The notes under the pieces: generated by a model
Databases searched by the model: none
What the model was told of the DNA's origin: nothing
What the model saw: only the letters and a program-made list of their open reading frames with translations
Translations under genes and position numbers: made by a program
Part shown: in pieces, positions 60,852-64,000 of the stretch
Numbering within the stretch: position 1 is the first letter of the stretch
Layout of the letters: each line of letters opens with the position of its first letter
NCBI GenBank assembly: GCA_030373505.1
Contig: JAUCYS010000016.1
Coordinates: 7,576 to 71,575 of the forward strand
DNA from: Parasphingorhabdus sp.
Lineage (GTDB): Bacteria; Pseudomonadota; Alphaproteobacteria; Sphingomonadales; Sphingomonadaceae
DNA: 64,000 nucleotides
Reading direction: 5' to 3'

Positions 60852-61430
60852 ATGGCCAGAACAAAGCAACTCTCTGATGAAACCGTCCTGGAGGCGGTGA
60901 TGCCGGTGATCTTCGGCAAGGGTCCGCGCGAATTCACGCTGGGCGAGGCGGGCCGCGCGGCAGGCCTGTCAGCCGGCACGCTGCTGCAGCGCTTCGGCAG
61001 CAAGCAGGGACTGGTGATCGCCGCGCTGGAGCTTGCCAATCGCCGCAATTTCGCTGCGCTTGACCGGCTCCCCGAGGCCACTGGCGCGGAGGCGATCATC
61101 CGGATTTTCGTCGATCGCACACCCGGCCCGGAACATGAGCATCTGGTCAGCGATCAGCTGCTGTGGCTCCGGGAAAGCATGGCCGATGCTGCCGTAAATG
61201 CGGTCAGCCGCGACTATTTCGTGCAGTTTCGCAAGGCACTGGCCGACCGCATGCCGGTGATAGCAATCCCTGCCGATCAGGCGGTGCTGCTGGTCGAGGC
61301 GCTGTGGCACGGTTCGATGATCCAGTGGGGCATTGGCCGCGACGGTCATTTGCGCGCTTATGTCGAATGCAATCTGCGCCGCTGGTTCGCGCTCGCCGGG
61401 GTATCGCCGCCATCCGGTGGGGCAGGGTGA
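60852..61430 (+). CDS. TetR/AcrR family regulator
   Basis: MARTK...FTLGEAGRAAGLSAGTLLQRFGSKQGL helix-turn-helix. Confidence 0.9.
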   Translation: MARTKQLSDETVLEAVMPVIFGKGPREFTLGEAGRAAGLSAGTLLQRFGSKQGLVIAALELANRRNFAALDRLPEATGAEAIIRIFVDRTPGPEHEHLVSDQLLWLRESMADAAVNAVSRDYFVQFRKALADRMPVIAIPADQAVLLVEALWHGSMIQWGIGRDGHLRAYVECNLRRWFALAGVSPPSGGAG

Positions 61431-61503
61431 AACGACTTCCTGGAGGACAATAAAATGTATGCGGTCGTTAGTAAGCGGCTGTCCGCCGCTGCTCTGCCGG
61501 GCA

Positions 61504-63315
61504 CTAGCCCGTCCTGCGCTGTTGCTCGACTAGCGCCTGTTCCTCACCGTTCAGCTCAATGGCGGTCCGCAGCCGGGCGAGGCCGACGGGCCTGCTGATC
61601 AGAAAGCCCTGCAAGGCATCAAATCCAAGGGTTTCGGCGAGTATCTTCTCTTCTTCGGTCTCGATGCCCTCGCAGACCGTGCTGGCGCCCAGCGCCTTGG
61701 CCATATGGATGATGGACACCAGAAAATCGATCAGATGCGGCCGGTCGGTGATGGTGCTGATCAGCGAGCGGTCGACTTTCAGGACATTGATCGGAAGGTC
61801 CAGCAACGTCCGGTAATTGGCATAACCCCTGCCAAAGTCGTCTAGGGCGATCCTGATGCCGGCGGCGCTCAATTGTTCGAGATTGCTGCGCGCCGTCCGC
61901 GACTTTTCCATCACCGCGGTCTCGATAATCTCGATCAGGACCGTGCCGGGATCGATCCGATATTCGCGCAGCGTGGCGAGAAAATTCGTGGCATATCCCA
62001 GCGAGGCGACATCGCTGGGACTCGCATTGACCGAGAAATATTCGATGCTGCCGCTCTGGATGAACGGACCCAGCTCGCGGCAGGCCCGCTTGAGCACGAT
62101 CTGGTCGACATGCACCAGCAGGCCCAGCCGTCCGGCGATAAAGATGAATTCTTCCGGGGAAATGACGCCGAGCGCCGGGTGCGTCCAGCGGGCCAGGACT
62201 TCCACCCCCTGGATATGGCCCTCGCTCGTATCGAAAATCGGCTGGTACACGGCCGAGATATCCTGCCGGTCGATCGCGGTCCTGAGGCCCGTTTCAAGCT
62301 GCCGCAGCCGCAAGTCGTCGGAATGGTCGGACGCCTCGAATTTCCGGATATGGCCCTTGCCGACCTTCTTGGCCTTCATCAGCGCCAGATCGGCATAGCG
62401 TTTCAGCTCGCTCAGATTCTTGGTGTCGAACGGATATCTTGTATAGCCCAGCGAGCCCGAGGCATCCACTTCCCGCTTGAAATCGGTAACCGGCCGAAAG
62501 ACGAGATCGGCCATCCCGCGAAGCCTTTCCTTCACCTCATGGGTCGGCTGCCCGCCGCACTCCAGCAGCACCGCAAACTCGTCGCCGCCCAGCCGCGACA
62601 CCGAGAAAATGGGCCCCAGCGAATTAAACCGTTCAGCGACCTGGCAAAGCACCCGGTCGCCCATCTGGTGCCCGAACGTGTCGTTGATATGCTTGAAATC
62701 ATCCAGATCGATGAAGACCAAGGTGAAGGACCCCGACATTTTGTCACAGCGCTTGGACAGCGACTGCAGATCGGCCTGGAAGCCAAGCCGGTTGCGCACT
62801 TTCGTCAGCGGATCGGTATGCGCCAGGCTCTGCGCGGTTTCCCGTTCGCGCTCAAGGTTGCGCAGCCGCTGTTCATATTGCCTGGCATGCCCGTCTGCCC
62901 TGCTCTGCAACTGGGACAGCAGCAGATTGCTCTGTGCCTGCGCGCTCTTGAAGTCCGACCGGGTTTTCCGGAGATCCTCCGGGCTGGCAACGGCTTCGAT
63001 AATCAGCCCGATAAGGCCCGGCTTGCCATCTTCCAGCGTGATCGGAAATTTCCGGGTGAGGGCGAATGTGCCTTCGCCAATCTCTTCGAAACTGGTGCTG
63101 GTCTCGCCGCCGAACACCAGATCATCTTCCCGCCAGAAGATATCGACCTGCTCTTCGTTGAAAATGGTCGTGTCGTCCCGCCCGATAAAATCGTCCAGGC
63201 CGATCAGGTCGGCGAACGCCTGGTTGCCGTAGATCCAGCTATGGTCGGCGGCCTTTGCGAAGACCGGCAGCGGCAGCGCGTCCAGCACCCGCCGGATTTC
63301 CATCGAGGTCATCAT
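61504..63315 (-). CDS. PAS-GGDEF-EAL protein
   Basis: PAS (LPLPVFAK...GNQAF), RLGGDEF, VEVLARW, IALDDFGRG. Confidence 0.93.
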   Translation of the reverse strand: MMTSMEIRRVLDALPLPVFAKAADHSWIYGNQAFADLIGLDDFIGRDDTTIFNEEQVDIFWREDDLVFGGETSTSFEEIGEGTFALTRKFPITLEDGKPGLIGLIIEAVASPEDLRKTRSDFKSAQAQSNLLLSQLQSRADGHARQYEQRLRNLERERETAQSLAHTDPLTKVRNRLGFQADLQSLSKRCDKMSGSFTLVFIDLDDFKHINDTFGHQMGDRVLCQVAERFNSLGPIFSVSRLGGDEFAVLLECGGQPTHEVKERLRGMADLVFRPVTDFKREVDASGSLGYTRYPFDTKNLSELKRYADLALMKAKKVGKGHIRKFEASDHSDDLRLRQLETGLRTAIDRQDISAVYQPIFDTSEGHIQGVEVLARWTHPALGVISPEEFIFIAGRLGLLVHVDQIVLKRACRELGPFIQSGSIEYFSVNASPSDVASLGYATNFLATLREYRIDPGTVLIEIIETAVMEKSRTARSNLEQLSAAGIRIALDDFGRGYANYRTLLDLPINVLKVDRSLISTITDRPHLIDFLVSIIHMAKALGASTVCEGIETEEEKILAETLGFDALQGFLISRPVGLARLRTAIELNGEEQALVEQQRRTG

Positions 63316-63577
63316 CGCTCAGACCGATCCGGTGATCGCAGCGGTGATGCAGACAGCAGGCCCGACGCCGCCCGGTCCGCGAAAATTGCGCCCGCAGGCC
63401 ATCCGATGTGCGGCGCGATCGTGTCACCGCAACAACCCCTGACCCGTAGCGGATACAGGAATGCGGTGTCACTCTTTCTCGCCAAGTTGAACAATATCAA
63501 ATCCGACTGCCTTGCAGAACCCTTCTTGGAAAGGCTGACCTTAGACAGGAGGAGTTAAGTCGAGGTAAATGCTGCCT

Positions 63578-63826
63578 TTACCGCGCCGGTCCGGTCGGTC
63601 CTTCCGGCTCGATCTGCCGGGATGCGGGTTCGATCAGGGCGGACTGCGGGACGACCGGCGACTGCCCGCCAGTCTGTTCGCGCTGCTCGTCCCCGTCCAG
63701 CTCCCGGCGAAAGCTGCGCAGCCCCTGGCCGAGATCGCCCATGATCCCCGACAGCCGCCCGGGCCCGAACAGCAGAAACACGACCAGCGCCACGATGATC
63801 CAGTGGCCCGCGGACAATATTCCCAT
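63578..63826 (-). CDS. tatA: Twin-arginine translocase TatA/TatE subunit
   Basis: HWIIVALVVFLLFG-PGRLSGIMGDLGQGLRSFR. Start may be up to 63844. Confidence 0.88.
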   Translation of the reverse strand: MGILSAGHWIIVALVVFLLFGPGRLSGIMGDLGQGLRSFRRELDGDEQREQTGGQSPVVPQSALIEPASRQIEPEGPTGPAR

Positions 63827-64000
63827 GGTCATTTTCTCCGTCATTGATCAGCCGGCATCCGGGCTGCCGGACATATAAATCACGCGCTCCGGTGCAACAA
63901 GCGGGAACTGCCGGGGAAAGGGAAAAGGCACATCGGCCGGCACCCGCACCCGCCGGGCCCGCTCAGCGCTGCTTTCTGGTAATCGCCGCGTTGAACTCGG

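Overview
High-GC alphaproteobacterial chromosome segment. Gene content and order suggest Sphingomonadaceae (inference). The core backbone is htpX, terC, rsmB-rpe-heparinase-like-purH, purE-purK-folA-dipeptidase-ribF-ileS-lspA, gpmA, tamAB, a Fur-boxed siderophore receptor-piuC-PepSY operon, glnB-glnA, a quinohemoprotein alcohol dehydrogenase and tatA. Accessory pieces sit among these genes. (1) At the left end, a probable phosphate-starvation module: the 5' end of a Tat-exported phoD (missing from the ORF track) diverges from a TonB-dependent receptor and an uncharacterised secreted protein, with PHO-box-like repeats between them. The module is fused at about 4075 to a truncated macA with its CpxRA-like two-component system. 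(2) A dense cluster of REP-like palindromic elements from several unrelated families at 20.7-25.8 kb. One inverted pair sits in frame inside the essential ileS gene. (3) A 2.4-kb GGDEF-EAL islet flanked by a 77-bp direct repeat of the glnA 3' end, with no integrase. Four c-di-GMP enzymes are present. I recognised no rRNA, tRNA, CRISPR array, transposase or integrase. All family calls come from motif recognition by eye; no database searches were run.
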